Assembly (NCBI GenBank): GCA_050294405.1
Contig: JBNKOC010000016.1
Location: forward strand, 192,001 to 256,000
Source: Fibrobacteria bacterium
GTDB taxonomy: Bacteria > Fibrobacterota > Fibrobacteria > UBA11236 > JADFYW01
Reading direction: 5' to 3'
Length of the DNA: 64,000 nucleotides
Shown piece after piece: positions 40,547 through 50,838 of this stretch (within the stretch, counting starts at the first letter, position 1; each line of letters begins with the position of its first letter). A program made the position numbers and the translations under genes. The notes under the pieces are model-generated. The model did not search any database. It saw only the letters and a list, made by a program, of their open reading frames with translations, and was not told where the DNA came from.

Positions 40547-41371
40547 ATGGACAAAGCCCCCAAAATCCTGGATTATATTGAGTACAGGGCCTTTTTAAAG
40601 GATTATTTTGCTTATTTAAAGCAAACTTCTAAATCTTTTTCCTTAAGAAAATTAGCTAAGGATTTAGGCCTCTCTTCTCCCAGCTTTTTGTCCGAGGTGG
40701 TAAGCGGTAAAAAGAACCTGCCGCAAAAATTGGTCTTGAAGTTGAATAATGTTCTCAAATTATCAGACCAAAATTTCAGTTATCTGGATTTACTGGTGCA
40801 GTTTAACCAAGCTCGCAGTATGGAAGAAAAAAATTACTTCTTCCAAAAGTTGTCTAAATACAGAGGCTCCAAAGCAAAGGTGATTCACAGGGACCAATAC
40901 AAGTTTTATACAAAATGGTATTACTCTGCAGTTTGGACCTATTTCGGGATAAATCAAAAAGAGAGAAACCCTTCTAAAATTGCGGAAGAAATTTTTCCAA
41001 AAATTACGAAAAACCAGGTGGAAGCCTCCATTAACCTGCTTTTAGAATTGGGGCTTATCCATAAAACGGCAAATGGCTATGCTGCGACGCAAAAGCATAT
41101 TGTGACCGAGAATCCTTTTTCAGGAATGGTGGCCAGTACGTATAATACCGTTCTTATTGATATGGCTAAGGATAACCTAACCAAGGTTAAGGCAGATTCC
41201 CGCCAATACAATGTGTTAATGTTTTCCATTTCTCGGGAGGGATTTTCTAATATTAAGGAACGAATACGCTCTTTTCAGGAAGAGTTACGGGATATAATTG
41301 AAAGAGATTCGGGGGAGGATAGAATTTATACGCTTTGCATGCAATTGTTTCCCAACAGTAAAAAGCATTAG
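40547..41371 (+). CDS. TIGR02147-family protein (N-terminal HTH, DUF4423-like C-domain)
   Basis: YRAFLKDYF..FSLRKLAKDLGLSSPSFLSEVVSGKKNL, WYYSAV, IYTLCMQLFP; clear paralog of 54672..55547. Confidence 0.82.
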   Translation: MDKAPKILDYIEYRAFLKDYFAYLKQTSKSFSLRKLAKDLGLSSPSFLSEVVSGKKNLPQKLVLKLNNVLKLSDQNFSYLDLLVQFNQARSMEEKNYFFQKLSKYRGSKAKVIHRDQYKFYTKWYYSAVWTYFGINQKERNPSKIAEEIFPKITKNQVEASINLLLELGLIHKTANGYAATQKHIVTENPFSGMVASTYNTVLIDMAKDNLTKVKADSRQYNVLMFSISREGFSNIKERIRSFQEELRDIIERDSGEDRIYTLCMQLFPNSKKH

Positions 41372-41393
41372 GGGTTGAGTTAGGTTCCAGGCT

Positions 41394-42683
41394 ATGATTG
41401 GCTATCGCAAATTTTCGTGGGCTTTGCCATGTTCCTTGGCCATTTCATTATTATGGGCTATTCTGAGTTGTAATCCCCAAACTGCGGGCACAAGTTCGGG
41501 AACCGAAAACCCGGAAATTGTGCTGTCGTTTTCTGAAAATAACACCAGCACTTTGGCCAATGGGGAGCTCCAACTGTTTGCTTCTTCGCAAAACATTATC
41601 ATAGACCCTGAACCTTTGGCCCGTTTTGCTGTTTCCAATGACAGCGAGTTGGTTATATCCATTGATTCCATGGAAAACATTTTAGAAAGTTCCCAATTAA
41701 TTCCCCTTGAGGAGGAAAGTTTGTCTTCTAGCTTTAACTTTGTTTTTAGGGAGAACCAACGGGGAGGATTTGTTGGCGGTTTAACTTTCAGTAAAGGCAA
41801 AGGGCATATCGAGCGCAATGGCTTGACTTTGGATGTGTTGGAAATTCCTCTTAAAATGACAGACATTTATAATGGGGAACTTATTTTAAACGAACCATGG
41901 GAAGACCCAATTTTTATTTACATCCCTGGTACGGATGTTAAATCCAATGTGGAAAGCAATAATTTTGAGGTAGATGGGTTGGTGGAATTGGATTCGGCCC
42001 GCATTATGATGCGATCCGGAAAAATTTTCAAAGTCGTAGAACCTAAAATCACCGGGGACAGCTTAGTAGTGGATAATCTTAGCTATGAGGATTCCGTAGA
42101 CATTAGGGATTTGGGCTATGCTCCCACCATTAGCCGGTTTACTATGCTACAGGACACAGTTACAGCGCCTGTGGTATTAAACAGCCCATGTGAATTAGTG
42201 GATTATCCCAAGTACCTATTGGATTATATACCCACTGAAAGGATAGACCCACAGCGTCCGGGTAGTTTTTCCGATACGGGAACTGTGACCTGGGATGCCA
42301 TATTGTGGAAACTGGATATTCGAGGGTACGATTTCTTTTTGGATTTTAGTTCTAGCGATGGGGGAATGCCCATACGGGTTTTTTATGAATTTGTGCCTCC
42401 GCAACCCATATGCAGAATTACCCAATTTGCAGAGAACGTTATAATGGATTCTGCGTATGTTATTCATCCCCAAAGTTTTGAAAATCTGGGGAAAATTAAT
42501 TTTACCGGGCTTGTTATTGATACATTGCGTAGCAGCTTTTATTCTGTTGAGGATACCACCAGTTTGCCCGGAAGGATTTCTTCTCCGCCAGCCAATTGGC
42601 CTCCGCCCTTTGCTACTAAAATGGAAACCTGGGATTGGGTGGAAGGAGATTCTATCCGCTCCGATACGCTCTATTTTCCCTAA
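41394..42683 (+). CDS. Lipoprotein partner of TIGR02147 gene
   Basis: Lipobox ILSC followed by AGTSSGTENP; 22 bp downstream of the TIGR02147 gene. Confidence 0.72.
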   Translation: MIGYRKFSWALPCSLAISLLWAILSCNPQTAGTSSGTENPEIVLSFSENNTSTLANGELQLFASSQNIIIDPEPLARFAVSNDSELVISIDSMENILESSQLIPLEEESLSSSFNFVFRENQRGGFVGGLTFSKGKGHIERNGLTLDVLEIPLKMTDIYNGELILNEPWEDPIFIYIPGTDVKSNVESNNFEVDGLVELDSARIMMRSGKIFKVVEPKITGDSLVVDNLSYEDSVDIRDLGYAPTISRFTMLQDTVTAPVVLNSPCELVDYPKYLLDYIPTERIDPQRPGSFSDTGTVTWDAILWKLDIRGYDFFLDFSSSDGGMPIRVFYEFVPPQPICRITQFAENVIMDSAYVIHPQSFENLGKINFTGLVIDTLRSSFYSVEDTTSLPGRISSPPANWPPPFATKMETWDWVEGDSIRSDTLYFP

Positions 42684-42703
42684 AGACCTCAGGTTTTGAT
42701 TTT

Positions 42704-43984
42704 TTAAGCCTCTTCGGGTTTTGGGTTATCAAATAACTTTTCGTTTAAGTTCTTTTCCTTTTTTGCCACCAAGCAAGAAACCATAGCATCTCCGGAAATG
42801 TTAACAGCAGTCCTTAACATATCCAGCAATCTGTCTACGCCTAAAATCAGACCTATGCCGGCAACGGGAAGACCCACCTGATGAAAAACCATAGCTAACA
42901 TAATGAGTCCTACACCCGGTACGCCCGCTGTTCCGATAGAAGCTAAAACCGACATTCCAATTACAGTTAAAAAATCCAGCATGCCGAGGGGAATATCATA
43001 TACATGGGCTATAAAAATGGTAGCCACCCCTTGCATTATGGCTGTACCATCCATGTTAATGGTGGCCCCAAAGGGGATGGTAAAGGATGCCGTGGAGGGA
43101 GGTATGCCCAGTTTTTTTTCTGCGGTGACCAGTGAAATGGGAATGGTTGCATTGGAGCTGGCCGTGCTAAAAGCAAATATTTGGGCCGAGCGCATCTTTC
43201 TTAAGAATACTATGGGGTTTAAACCTCCATAAAATTTTAAAATCAGAGGCATGGTAATAAATAGGTGGATAAGCAGGGCGCCTATTACCGTGAAAAAATA
43301 TTTTGCCATAGGTAATATAAGGGAAGGCCCCTGTTCGGCAAAGGTTTTTGCCATAAGGCAAAAGACTCCATAAGGAGCCATTTTCATAATGAAGTCCACC
43401 ATTTTCATCATAACTTCATTGAGGCTCTCATTTATATCCTTAAGTTTGCTGGCTTTGGGACCAAGGGCTAATAAACATGCTCCGAATAAAATGGAAAAAA
43501 ATATGATTTGCAACATTTCTCCATTGGCAAAAGCATTAATAGGATTCCCGGGGATGAGATCAATAAAAACCTGGGAGAGGCTCGGCGCTTCTGAAGGATT
43601 GAAATCAGAGGACCCTTTGGACATGCTAAATCCCACTCCTGGGCGAACAATGGAGGCGAGCCCAAGCGCGGTGCTGATGGCAATGGCAGTTGTAATCAGG
43701 TAATAAAGGAAGGTGCGAAGCCCCACTCTGCCAAGAGCTCTAACATCTTTTAGGCCACAGACGCCACTTATGAGAGAAAAAGTGACCAGGGGCACCACTA
43801 ACATCTTCAGGCATTTTACAAATAAGGCCCCCCCCACATGAAAAACTCCTTTTACCAAATAGCTGTCAATTGCATTGCCAGGTTCAGCTATTGCGTTGAT
43901 GATGCTTCCCAATACAAACCCAAACCCCATCCATATTAAGATGAGACTGGTTAGTGATAATTTTTTGCTTTTTAACTTGCTCAT
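42704..43984 (-). CDS. Dicarboxylate/amino acid:cation symporter (DAACS, GltP-like)
   Basis: FSTASSNAT, GATINMDG, GTAGVPG, GVDRLLDMLRTAVN. Confidence 0.92.
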   Translation of the reverse strand: MSKLKSKKLSLTSLILIWMGFGFVLGSIINAIAEPGNAIDSYLVKGVFHVGGALFVKCLKMLVVPLVTFSLISGVCGLKDVRALGRVGLRTFLYYLITTAIAISTALGLASIVRPGVGFSMSKGSSDFNPSEAPSLSQVFIDLIPGNPINAFANGEMLQIIFFSILFGACLLALGPKASKLKDINESLNEVMMKMVDFIMKMAPYGVFCLMAKTFAEQGPSLILPMAKYFFTVIGALLIHLFITMPLILKFYGGLNPIVFLRKMRSAQIFAFSTASSNATIPISLVTAEKKLGIPPSTASFTIPFGATINMDGTAIMQGVATIFIAHVYDIPLGMLDFLTVIGMSVLASIGTAGVPGVGLIMLAMVFHQVGLPVAGIGLILGVDRLLDMLRTAVNISGDAMVSCLVAKKEKNLNEKLFDNPKPEEA

Positions 43985-44061
43985 AAAAGGGCCTCTCGAT
44001 TCCTTGGAGTATGCCCTTTTATATTTAAAAAAAATGCTCTATCTTGTGGAAATTATTAGGG

Positions 44062-44613
44062 CTAAGGGATTAGTTTTACCTGGTTTCGCCATGGGGAATT
44101 GCGAGGTATCTTTCTGCCTGACAGGCTGTAGGCCTTGGCATCTTTAGGAAAGATCCAATCAGGAGCTATGTTAACAATAGCCGTCGAAATAACAGTATAT
44201 TCAAATTGAATTCCATTATTAGCTGTTGCGTGCAGCACCAAGCCATATGTAACAGTTGGTGTGGTCACAATAAATTTTTTCCCCTCTACATCGTTGGCTA
44301 TGTTAGGGTTGCTGCTGCAATTGTCGATGATAAAAAATAAAGAAGCGGCTGCTTCAGGGTCTTTTTCCACTTTTGCTTTGTTTGTATCTGGACTGTATAA
44401 ATCACCCTCCAGAATTCGGTTGGGGCAGGGGCTGCGCAGCTCCGTGCGGTATTCCAAATCAAAACCAAGTTGGGGGAACCCCAATGTAACAGACTCGGAT
44501 TCTGGAGCGGAAAGTGTTATGGTTGTGTCCAGAGCAAGTTGGCTAAAGCCAGTTGCGCATAAGAGATAAGCGAAGGCCAGCAAAAAAATTTTAACATTCA
44601 TAATACATCCCAT
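44062..44613 (-). CDS. Small secreted protein with short C-terminal sorting-like tail
   Basis: Signal peptide; C-terminal YSLSGRKI motif. Confidence 0.62.
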   Translation of the reverse strand: MGCIMNVKIFLLAFAYLLCATGFSQLALDTTITLSAPESESVTLGFPQLGFDLEYRTELRSPCPNRILEGDLYSPDTNKAKVEKDPEAAASLFFIIDNCSSNPNIANDVEGKKFIVTTPTVTYGLVLHATANNGIQFEYTVISTAIVNIAPDWIFPKDAKAYSLSGRKIPRNSPWRNQVKLIP

Positions 44614-44752
44614 TTTAAAATTTTCCCCGGCGATTTACTCCAATATAAATATTTTTCGGATATCCGGGAAAAAGTTTAGGGGACCTCTTCCGACGCCTCG
44701 CCTGATGCCGCGATCATCAATTTTTAGACCCCCTTAAATAGGGGATTCGGCT

Positions 44753-45619
44753 TTACTCAGGCAAAAAATTTAAAGTGGTGCACTCTGGAGAAAAGCCAGC
44801 CTTATAGGCCAAATTGAAAAACAAAATCAGGGATTTTTCATGATTGGGAGTGAGACGGTAATCCGCACTTTCAAAAAAGGCCACCTGAGCGTGGTGGGGA
44901 AGCCTTATGGGATAAATTTTGTTCCAATTTTCGATGGCCTCATCTAAATTCGAAAGGAAATTTTCCTTTGATTTTTCCAGGGTACTCAAAAAAGAGCTGA
45001 TTTTTTGGGCCTTTTTTTGAGCGCTTTCTTTTCGGACAATCCACAGCCCAAAGGAAAAGGGAAGCCCCTGCCATTTGTACCACTCTTCAGCCAAATCATA
45101 GCAATAATTCCAATTCCCGTGGTAGGAGGATTGGAGGGCTTCATTTCCAATGGCCACGGTACCCACAGGAGAGTCGTCTCCGTTAATAACGGGTTTCACT
45201 TGATAATAGTTAGAACACAGCAATTGGAAAAGGACATTGCTGGTGGCTGACGCCGGGGATAACAGCACATTTCGTCCGCTGATATTTTGAAAGGGCACGT
45301 TGGATAAAAATAAAACAGATTTAATTTTGCTGCGGCCCCCAGTGGAATAATTGGGAACGATATAATAGTCCTCGGAATTTCGCGCGTATTCAATGCAGGA
45401 AGATGGCGCGCAGTCGATTTCACCGCTTCTTAATTGGTCGTTGAGTTCCTTGGGGGAGCCATCTTTAAAATCCAAATCTCCGTTATTTATAACTTCTTCG
45501 CCGTAATAAGGCGCGCATACCAAATAGGGGATACGACCCACTACTAAGTTGGAAGTTTCCCTGGCACTGGGAACGGTTTTTTTATCAAATTGGCTTACCG
45601 AAGATATCATAAGAAACAA
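44753..45619 (-). CDS. mqnA: Chorismate dehydratase (futalosine menaquinone pathway)
   Basis: GRIPYL, SVLFLS, SATS, IGNEAL, DLAEEW...GLPFSFGLW. Confidence 0.82.
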   Translation of the reverse strand: MFLMISSVSQFDKKTVPSARETSNLVVGRIPYLVCAPYYGEEVINNGDLDFKDGSPKELNDQLRSGEIDCAPSSCIEYARNSEDYYIVPNYSTGGRSKIKSVLFLSNVPFQNISGRNVLLSPASATSNVLFQLLCSNYYQVKPVINGDDSPVGTVAIGNEALQSSYHGNWNYCYDLAEEWYKWQGLPFSFGLWIVRKESAQKKAQKISSFLSTLEKSKENFLSNLDEAIENWNKIYPIRLPHHAQVAFFESADYRLTPNHEKSLILFFNLAYKAGFSPECTTLNFLPE

Positions 45620-45658
45620 AAAATATTTATCCTCAAAGGAAAGTCTAGGGCAGTGGAG

Positions 45659-46555
45659 TTATTTTGCAAATTTTTTAATGATGGATAGGGCGGAATTACC
45701 ATATCCTCCACCAAATAACCAGTAATGGTTTAAAAGGTGATACAATTGATAGAGAGGAACCCGGTCTTTCCAATTTTTTTCCAAAGGGAATTCTTCTTCA
45801 TAAGCCTCAAAGACCCTGGAGCCAAAACCTCTAAATAACAACATCATGCCCAGTTCGGCCTCCCTATGGGCATAATAACAGGCAGGATCAAAAATAGCCG
45901 GGCCTTTAGTTGTGGGGGCAGCATTTCCCGACCATAAATCCCCATGAATTAGGGAAGGGCTGGCATCGGTTTCTAGCTGGAGTTGTACGGCCCTTTTAAA
46001 AAGCTCAAACTGTTGGTTTTGGGATTTGGATATGGAGCCTCTCTTTAACAATTTGTCCCAGAGAAACTGTAACCTGTTTTCCAGATAAAAATGGCGCCAG
46101 CTTTTGTGCCTATCATTTTTTTGGGGAGTGCTTCCGCAAAAGTTATCTGCTTCAAATCCGAAAGAAGCATGGGTGTTTTTGTGCAATTGAGCAAGACCTC
46201 TTCCTAAATTTTCTTCATACTTTTGCTGGGAGGAAATAAAATCCAGATGTTCTAAAAGCAAATAGGAATAGCCACCCGCTGTTCCAACGGAAAGGCAATC
46301 GGGAATGGCAAGGGAGCTATTGGCCTTTCTCAAGGCGCTAAGACCTTTTTTTTCCGCCTCAAACATGGCGATTTTTGAGACCTGATTCCATTTTATAAAA
46401 ACATCGTTTGTGTTGGATTTTAACCGCGCCGCTTCATTGATGCTGCCCCCTGAAAGGGGTTCAATGGCTTCAATTTTATATTGGGAACCGAAAATTTGGG
46501 AGAGTTCTTTTTCCACCTCCGAAAGCCATGTATATGCCCCCGAGGAATTTATCAT
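45659..46555 (-). CDS. Fructosamine kinase family protein
   Basis: GGSIN, FGFEADNFCGSTPQ, LIHGDLWSGN, FDPACYYAHRE. Confidence 0.9.
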   Translation of the reverse strand: MINSSGAYTWLSEVEKELSQIFGSQYKIEAIEPLSGGSINEAARLKSNTNDVFIKWNQVSKIAMFEAEKKGLSALRKANSSLAIPDCLSVGTAGGYSYLLLEHLDFISSQQKYEENLGRGLAQLHKNTHASFGFEADNFCGSTPQKNDRHKSWRHFYLENRLQFLWDKLLKRGSISKSQNQQFELFKRAVQLQLETDASPSLIHGDLWSGNAAPTTKGPAIFDPACYYAHREAELGMMLLFRGFGSRVFEAYEEEFPLEKNWKDRVPLYQLYHLLNHYWLFGGGYGNSALSIIKKFAK

Positions 46556-46558
46556 AAG

Positions 46559-47032
46559 CTATTTTGTGTTTTCCAGATGTTGGATTAAGTTTTCGCAGCA
46601 TACATCCAACATATCATAAACCTGATTAAAGGCATTCCCCCCGTTATAATAAGGGTCTGGCACGCTTTGGCCGATATGAGGTTCTACATCAAAATCCCGC
46701 ATCATTTGCAGTTTTTCAAAATCAACAGGATCGCACATGCGTTTAATGTCTCGGTAGTTGGAAGAGTCCATGGCCAATATAATATCAAAGTCCTTAATGT
46801 CTTTTAACATAAATTGCCGGGAAACCCCAGGCAGCTCCACCCCGTGTTCCGCAGCGATTTCCAGGGAGCGGGGGTCAGGTCTTTCGCCAACATGCCAGGC
46901 ACCCGTGCCAGCGCTATCCACTTCGTATTTATGCAGTATATTTTTTTGTTTGAGCTTGTGGATAAAAATACCCTCGGCCAGAGGACTTCTGCAAATGTTA
47001 CCAGCGCAAACGAAAATGACTTTTTTTACCAT
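46559..47032 (-). CDS. Low-molecular-weight protein tyrosine phosphatase
   Basis: CAGNICRS P-loop, DSAGT, DPYY. Confidence 0.92.
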   Translation of the reverse strand: MVKKVIFVCAGNICRSPLAEGIFIHKLKQKNILHKYEVDSAGTGAWHVGERPDPRSLEIAAEHGVELPGVSRQFMLKDIKDFDIILAMDSSNYRDIKRMCDPVDFEKLQMMRDFDVEPHIGQSVPDPYYNGGNAFNQVYDMLDVCCENLIQHLENTK

Positions 47033-47083
47033 ATCCCTGAATAATTTAAGGAAAAAAAATACTTTTTAAACCTAAGAATCCTA

Positions 47084-47869
47084 ATGTTTTACTTAAAAAT
47101 AAACCCTGCCCAAAAAATTCCCATCGTATATTTGCATGGTTTTTTGGGACATCATAAAAACTGGCTATCCGTGGCGAAGCGCATAGATAAAGGGGATGGG
47201 GCCTATTTGCTTGACTTTCGCAATCACGGCAAATCTCCTTACTTTGACAGCCATAGCTATTGGGATTTGGCCGAAGATTTACTGGATTTTTTAAAACAGC
47301 AATCTATATCCCGTTGCCATTTGGTGGGACATAGTATGGGAGGAAAAGTGGCTTTGCTGGCCGCGCTTCGCTTTCCAGAGCTTATTGAAAAAATGGTGGT
47401 TTTAGAAATAAGCCCTTGGAATAAGCGTCCTCCATTAAAGATTGTGCACTCCATGAGCAAATACCCTCTGGAACAGTCCAAAAATTTTGAGCAAATAAAA
47501 AACGATTTTTTGCAAATGGGGTTTCAAAAGGAATGGGCTCAATATTTGGCGACTACCATTAAAAAAAATGAAGATGGGAAATTCAGTTGGAATTTAAATC
47601 TGCAAATATTGAAAAAATACCAGGAGCATATTCTGGGGTATCAGGTTCCCTTTGAAATTGGAAACCGTCTTCCCGTTCTGTTTATCCGTTCTTACAAATC
47701 CCAATATTTATCCCATGAAGACAATCAAAGACTAAAATCCATTTTTCCCAATGCCCAATTCCGATTATTGCCAGTGGAAGGCCATAACCCCCATATGGAA
47801 TATCCCGAATTGATTGCTAATATTCTTAACAGCTATTTGCGAAGTCCCCGAGCGGGAAGGAAGGATTAA
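47084..47869 (+). CDS. YbfF-like alpha/beta esterase
   Basis: LHGFLG, DFRNHG, GHSMGGK, GHNPH. Confidence 0.85.
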   Translation: MFYLKINPAQKIPIVYLHGFLGHHKNWLSVAKRIDKGDGAYLLDFRNHGKSPYFDSHSYWDLAEDLLDFLKQQSISRCHLVGHSMGGKVALLAALRFPELIEKMVVLEISPWNKRPPLKIVHSMSKYPLEQSKNFEQIKNDFLQMGFQKEWAQYLATTIKKNEDGKFSWNLNLQILKKYQEHILGYQVPFEIGNRLPVLFIRSYKSQYLSHEDNQRLKSIFPNAQFRLLPVEGHNPHMEYPELIANILNSYLRSPRAGRKD

Positions 47870-47870
47870 C

Positions 47871-49565
47871 ATGGAAGCGCAAAATAAAATTAAAAACCGG
47901 TTAAATAAATTATTTCCCAAGAATGTTGCTGAACAGCTAAGTGGGGATATTGTAAAGCTGGCTAAATCTTATAATTCAAATAGCAATTCCAGTTGGAGCT
48001 TTAGTGAAAAAGACGCTTTGCTAATTTGTTATGGGGATTCCCTGAAAGATAAAGGACGGGCTCCCCTGGAAAGTTTAACCGGCTTTTACAATCAAAAACT
48101 AAAAGGGGCATTTAACTACATTCATATTCTTCCCTTTTATCCCTATACATCTGACGATGGCTTTTCGGTTGTGGATTACAGAGAAGTGAATCCTGAACTG
48201 GGTAACTGGGAGCATATTCAGGCTTTGGGAAAAAACTGCAATTTGGTTTTTGATGCGGTCATCAACCATGTATCCGCCTCTTCAAAGTATATGATTGGCC
48301 AATGCCAGGGAGATCCCCAATATGAAGATTTTATTGTAACCAGCTCTCCTGATGTGGATTTGTCTTCTGTAACCCGTCCCCGGAATCTGCCCTTGCTACA
48401 TGAATTTGAAACCCACGCAGGCCCCAAATGGTTTTGGACTACTTTCAGCCGAGACCAAGTGGATTTGAATTTCCGAAATCCTAAGGTATTGCTGGAAATA
48501 TTGGATGTTTTGTTATTCTATGCCAAAATGGGAGCTAAAATGATTCGTCTGGATGCCGTTCCTTTTGTTTGGAAGGTAATAGGCACTAGCTGTTCTCATT
48601 TACCGGAAAATCACGAAATTGTAAAGCTTATCCGGGATGTATTTAATCTGGCTTTTCCAGAAATGATTTTGCTTTCGGAAACCAATGTGCCTCACCATGA
48701 AAATCTGGCCTATTTTGGCGACGGGAGTGACGAGGCCCAAATGATATATAATTTTACCCTGGCCCCTCTTATTGCCTATTCCATATTAACATCAAATTGC
48801 CAAACATTTGCTAAATGGGCCGCCGGGCTGGAGCAAATCAGCGAGCAAACCACTTTTTTAAATATAACAGCTACCCACGACGGATTGGGAGTGCGTCCCC
48901 TGGAAGGAATTCTTCCTCCAGAAGAGGTTGGGATTTTGGTAAAAAGGACTCTGGATAATGGAGGAAAAATCGGGGAAAAGAAAAATCCCGATGGAAGCGT
49001 AAGCCCCTATGAACTGAACATAACTTATTTCGATTTGCTGAACTCTGCGGAGGATAAGAATAACCTGGACTTATGTTATGATAAATTTTTATTGTCACAG
49101 GTTGTTCCCCTAAGTTTTATGGGAATGCCAGGCGTTTACATTCAAAGCTTATTTGCTTGTGAAAACGACTATGAAGGTTACGCCAAAACCAATATGCCCC
49201 GCAGTTTGAATCGGAAAAAATGGGATTATTCCGAGGCGTTAAGCAGACTTGAGAAAGATGAGCACTGTTCCCGTTTCTTTGGGAAATTCAGGGCTTTGTT
49301 ATTGTTAAGAGGAAAACAAAAAGCCTTCCACCCATTATCACAGCAAGAAATATTAAACAGTCCTAAAGAAATTTTTGCGCTGAAAAGAATTGGAGATTCC
49401 GGCCAAACTATTCTAGCAGTTCATAATGTAAGCGCTCAAAATCAGATTTGGAAAGGCCCTTCAGATTATAAAGGGACGGATATTATTTCTGGTAAGGAAA
49501 TGGATGTAAGCAATCTATCATTGAGTCCTTATCAGTTTTTTTGGATTGAACTAGATTTAATTTAG
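47871..49565 (+). CDS. GH13_18 sugar phosphorylase, glucosylglycerate phosphorylase (YcjM)-like
   Basis: HILPFYPYTSDDGF, RLDAV, ETNVPH, THDG, YELN. Confidence 0.8.
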   Translation: MEAQNKIKNRLNKLFPKNVAEQLSGDIVKLAKSYNSNSNSSWSFSEKDALLICYGDSLKDKGRAPLESLTGFYNQKLKGAFNYIHILPFYPYTSDDGFSVVDYREVNPELGNWEHIQALGKNCNLVFDAVINHVSASSKYMIGQCQGDPQYEDFIVTSSPDVDLSSVTRPRNLPLLHEFETHAGPKWFWTTFSRDQVDLNFRNPKVLLEILDVLLFYAKMGAKMIRLDAVPFVWKVIGTSCSHLPENHEIVKLIRDVFNLAFPEMILLSETNVPHHENLAYFGDGSDEAQMIYNFTLAPLIAYSILTSNCQTFAKWAAGLEQISEQTTFLNITATHDGLGVRPLEGILPPEEVGILVKRTLDNGGKIGEKKNPDGSVSPYELNITYFDLLNSAEDKNNLDLCYDKFLLSQVVPLSFMGMPGVYIQSLFACENDYEGYAKTNMPRSLNRKKWDYSEALSRLEKDEHCSRFFGKFRALLLLRGKQKAFHPLSQQEILNSPKEIFALKRIGDSGQTILAVHNVSAQNQIWKGPSDYKGTDIISGKEMDVSNLSLSPYQFFWIELDLI

Positions 49566-50276
49566 GCTTAAGCCCTTTTTAAAATCCGCGGGAAATACCG
49601 TATCCTTGGGGTTGGATATATATATTCGACTCAGACCCTCTTCGGCCTCCAGGAGCAATTCCCATTTTTGTTCGCCTTTGCTACTGTCTAATCGGTTTAA
49701 CTCTATTTTCGCTTTTACATTATCGTAGCGGTTTAAAAATTGAATTTGATGTAACTCTTGGCTACTGTCTGTGGCGCAAGCTGTTATAAATTCTTCATAG
49801 TCGGGAAAAGGGTTTAAATATTTATAACAATTCATGTTTTCTTTGTTATAGGATTCCACAAACTTAAGGGAGTCGTTTAACATGGGAAGTAAAAAGAAGT
49901 ATTTGTAGGAATAGCCGTTGTAATTAATGGGTTCCACAAACTGATGCCGGGATTTTTTGCGGAGTCTGCCCATGGGCTCGTCCAGTGTCCATATATCCTG
50001 CCCATGGCGTTTAAAGAGAATTTTTTTATGGGGAAAAAGAGGGGCTTTGTTGTATTCCAGCCCAATGGCAGAGGCGTTTTTGTTTACAAACAGCTTATAT
50101 CTGAATTCGATATTTTTTTTGTTTTCCGGTTCAAAAATTTCCTTTACCTTTACAATGGTTCCGTTGGGGAAGATTGGGCTAAAAGCCTTTTCCAGCGAAA
50201 AATCCGGCGGGTCAGCACAAATAAACTGGGGGCAAAAACATAAGAACAGCCCAAAAAGAAGCTTAAATTTTTCCAC
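49557..50276 (-). CDS. Hypothetical secreted protein
   Basis: Signal-peptide-like N-terminus; last gene of a minus-strand run. Confidence 0.55.
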   Translation of the reverse strand: MEKFKLLFGLFLCFCPQFICADPPDFSLEKAFSPIFPNGTIVKVKEIFEPENKKNIEFRYKLFVNKNASAIGLEYNKAPLFPHKKILFKRHGQDIWTLDEPMGRLRKKSRHQFVEPINYNGYSYKYFFLLPMLNDSLKFVESYNKENMNCYKYLNPFPDYEEFITACATDSSQELHQIQFLNRYDNVKAKIELNRLDSSKGEQKWELLLEAEEGLSRIYISNPKDTVFPADFKKGLSLN

Positions 50277-50285
50277 CCTTTTAAA

Positions 50286-50834
50286 TTAAAAAAGTTGGGA
50301 GAGGGATGGGTCTTTGAATTTTTTTATTTCCTCAAGGCTTAAACCTTTGAGTTCATGGGGAAAAACAATCCAATTATCTGTGCTATAGAGGTAAAAATCG
50401 GGAACCAGGTTAGTTTGGTTTTTGGAGGGTTTGTAATACAAAGTGGCTGTTTTAATTTCCTTAGGGGCATTTTTCCTGGATTTTTCCCTTATGTTATGGA
50501 TGACGGCTCTTAAAGTAATCCCGCTGTCAAACACATCGTCCACAATTAATAGTTTATTTTCAGCATTAGCCCTTTCCACAATATAATCCAGCCCATGGAT
50601 ACGGATGGAATTTTGGGCCTCCATTCCTTCGTAGCGACTGGTTCGAATAGCGATATGATCTGAAGGATAGCCTTTGTAATCCAAAAACTCCTGAATGGTA
50701 AGTCCAATAGGGCTGCCGCCCCTCCAAAGGGCTACAATAAAATCAGGTTTAAAATCAGAATCCAAAATTTTTTTGGCCAAAAGAAAAGAATCTTTCATTA
50801 GGCCTTCAAAACTGAGAAATAGTTTTTCGCTCAT
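50286..50834 (-). CDS. Type I phosphoribosyltransferase (xanthine/hypoxanthine PRT-like)
   Basis: WRGG, LLIVDDVFDSGIT PRPP loop, WIVFPHE. Confidence 0.85.
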   Translation of the reverse strand: MSEKLFLSFEGLMKDSFLLAKKILDSDFKPDFIVALWRGGSPIGLTIQEFLDYKGYPSDHIAIRTSRYEGMEAQNSIRIHGLDYIVERANAENKLLIVDDVFDSGITLRAVIHNIREKSRKNAPKEIKTATLYYKPSKNQTNLVPDFYLYSTDNWIVFPHELKGLSLEEIKKFKDPSLSQLF

Positions 50835-50838
50835 TTTT

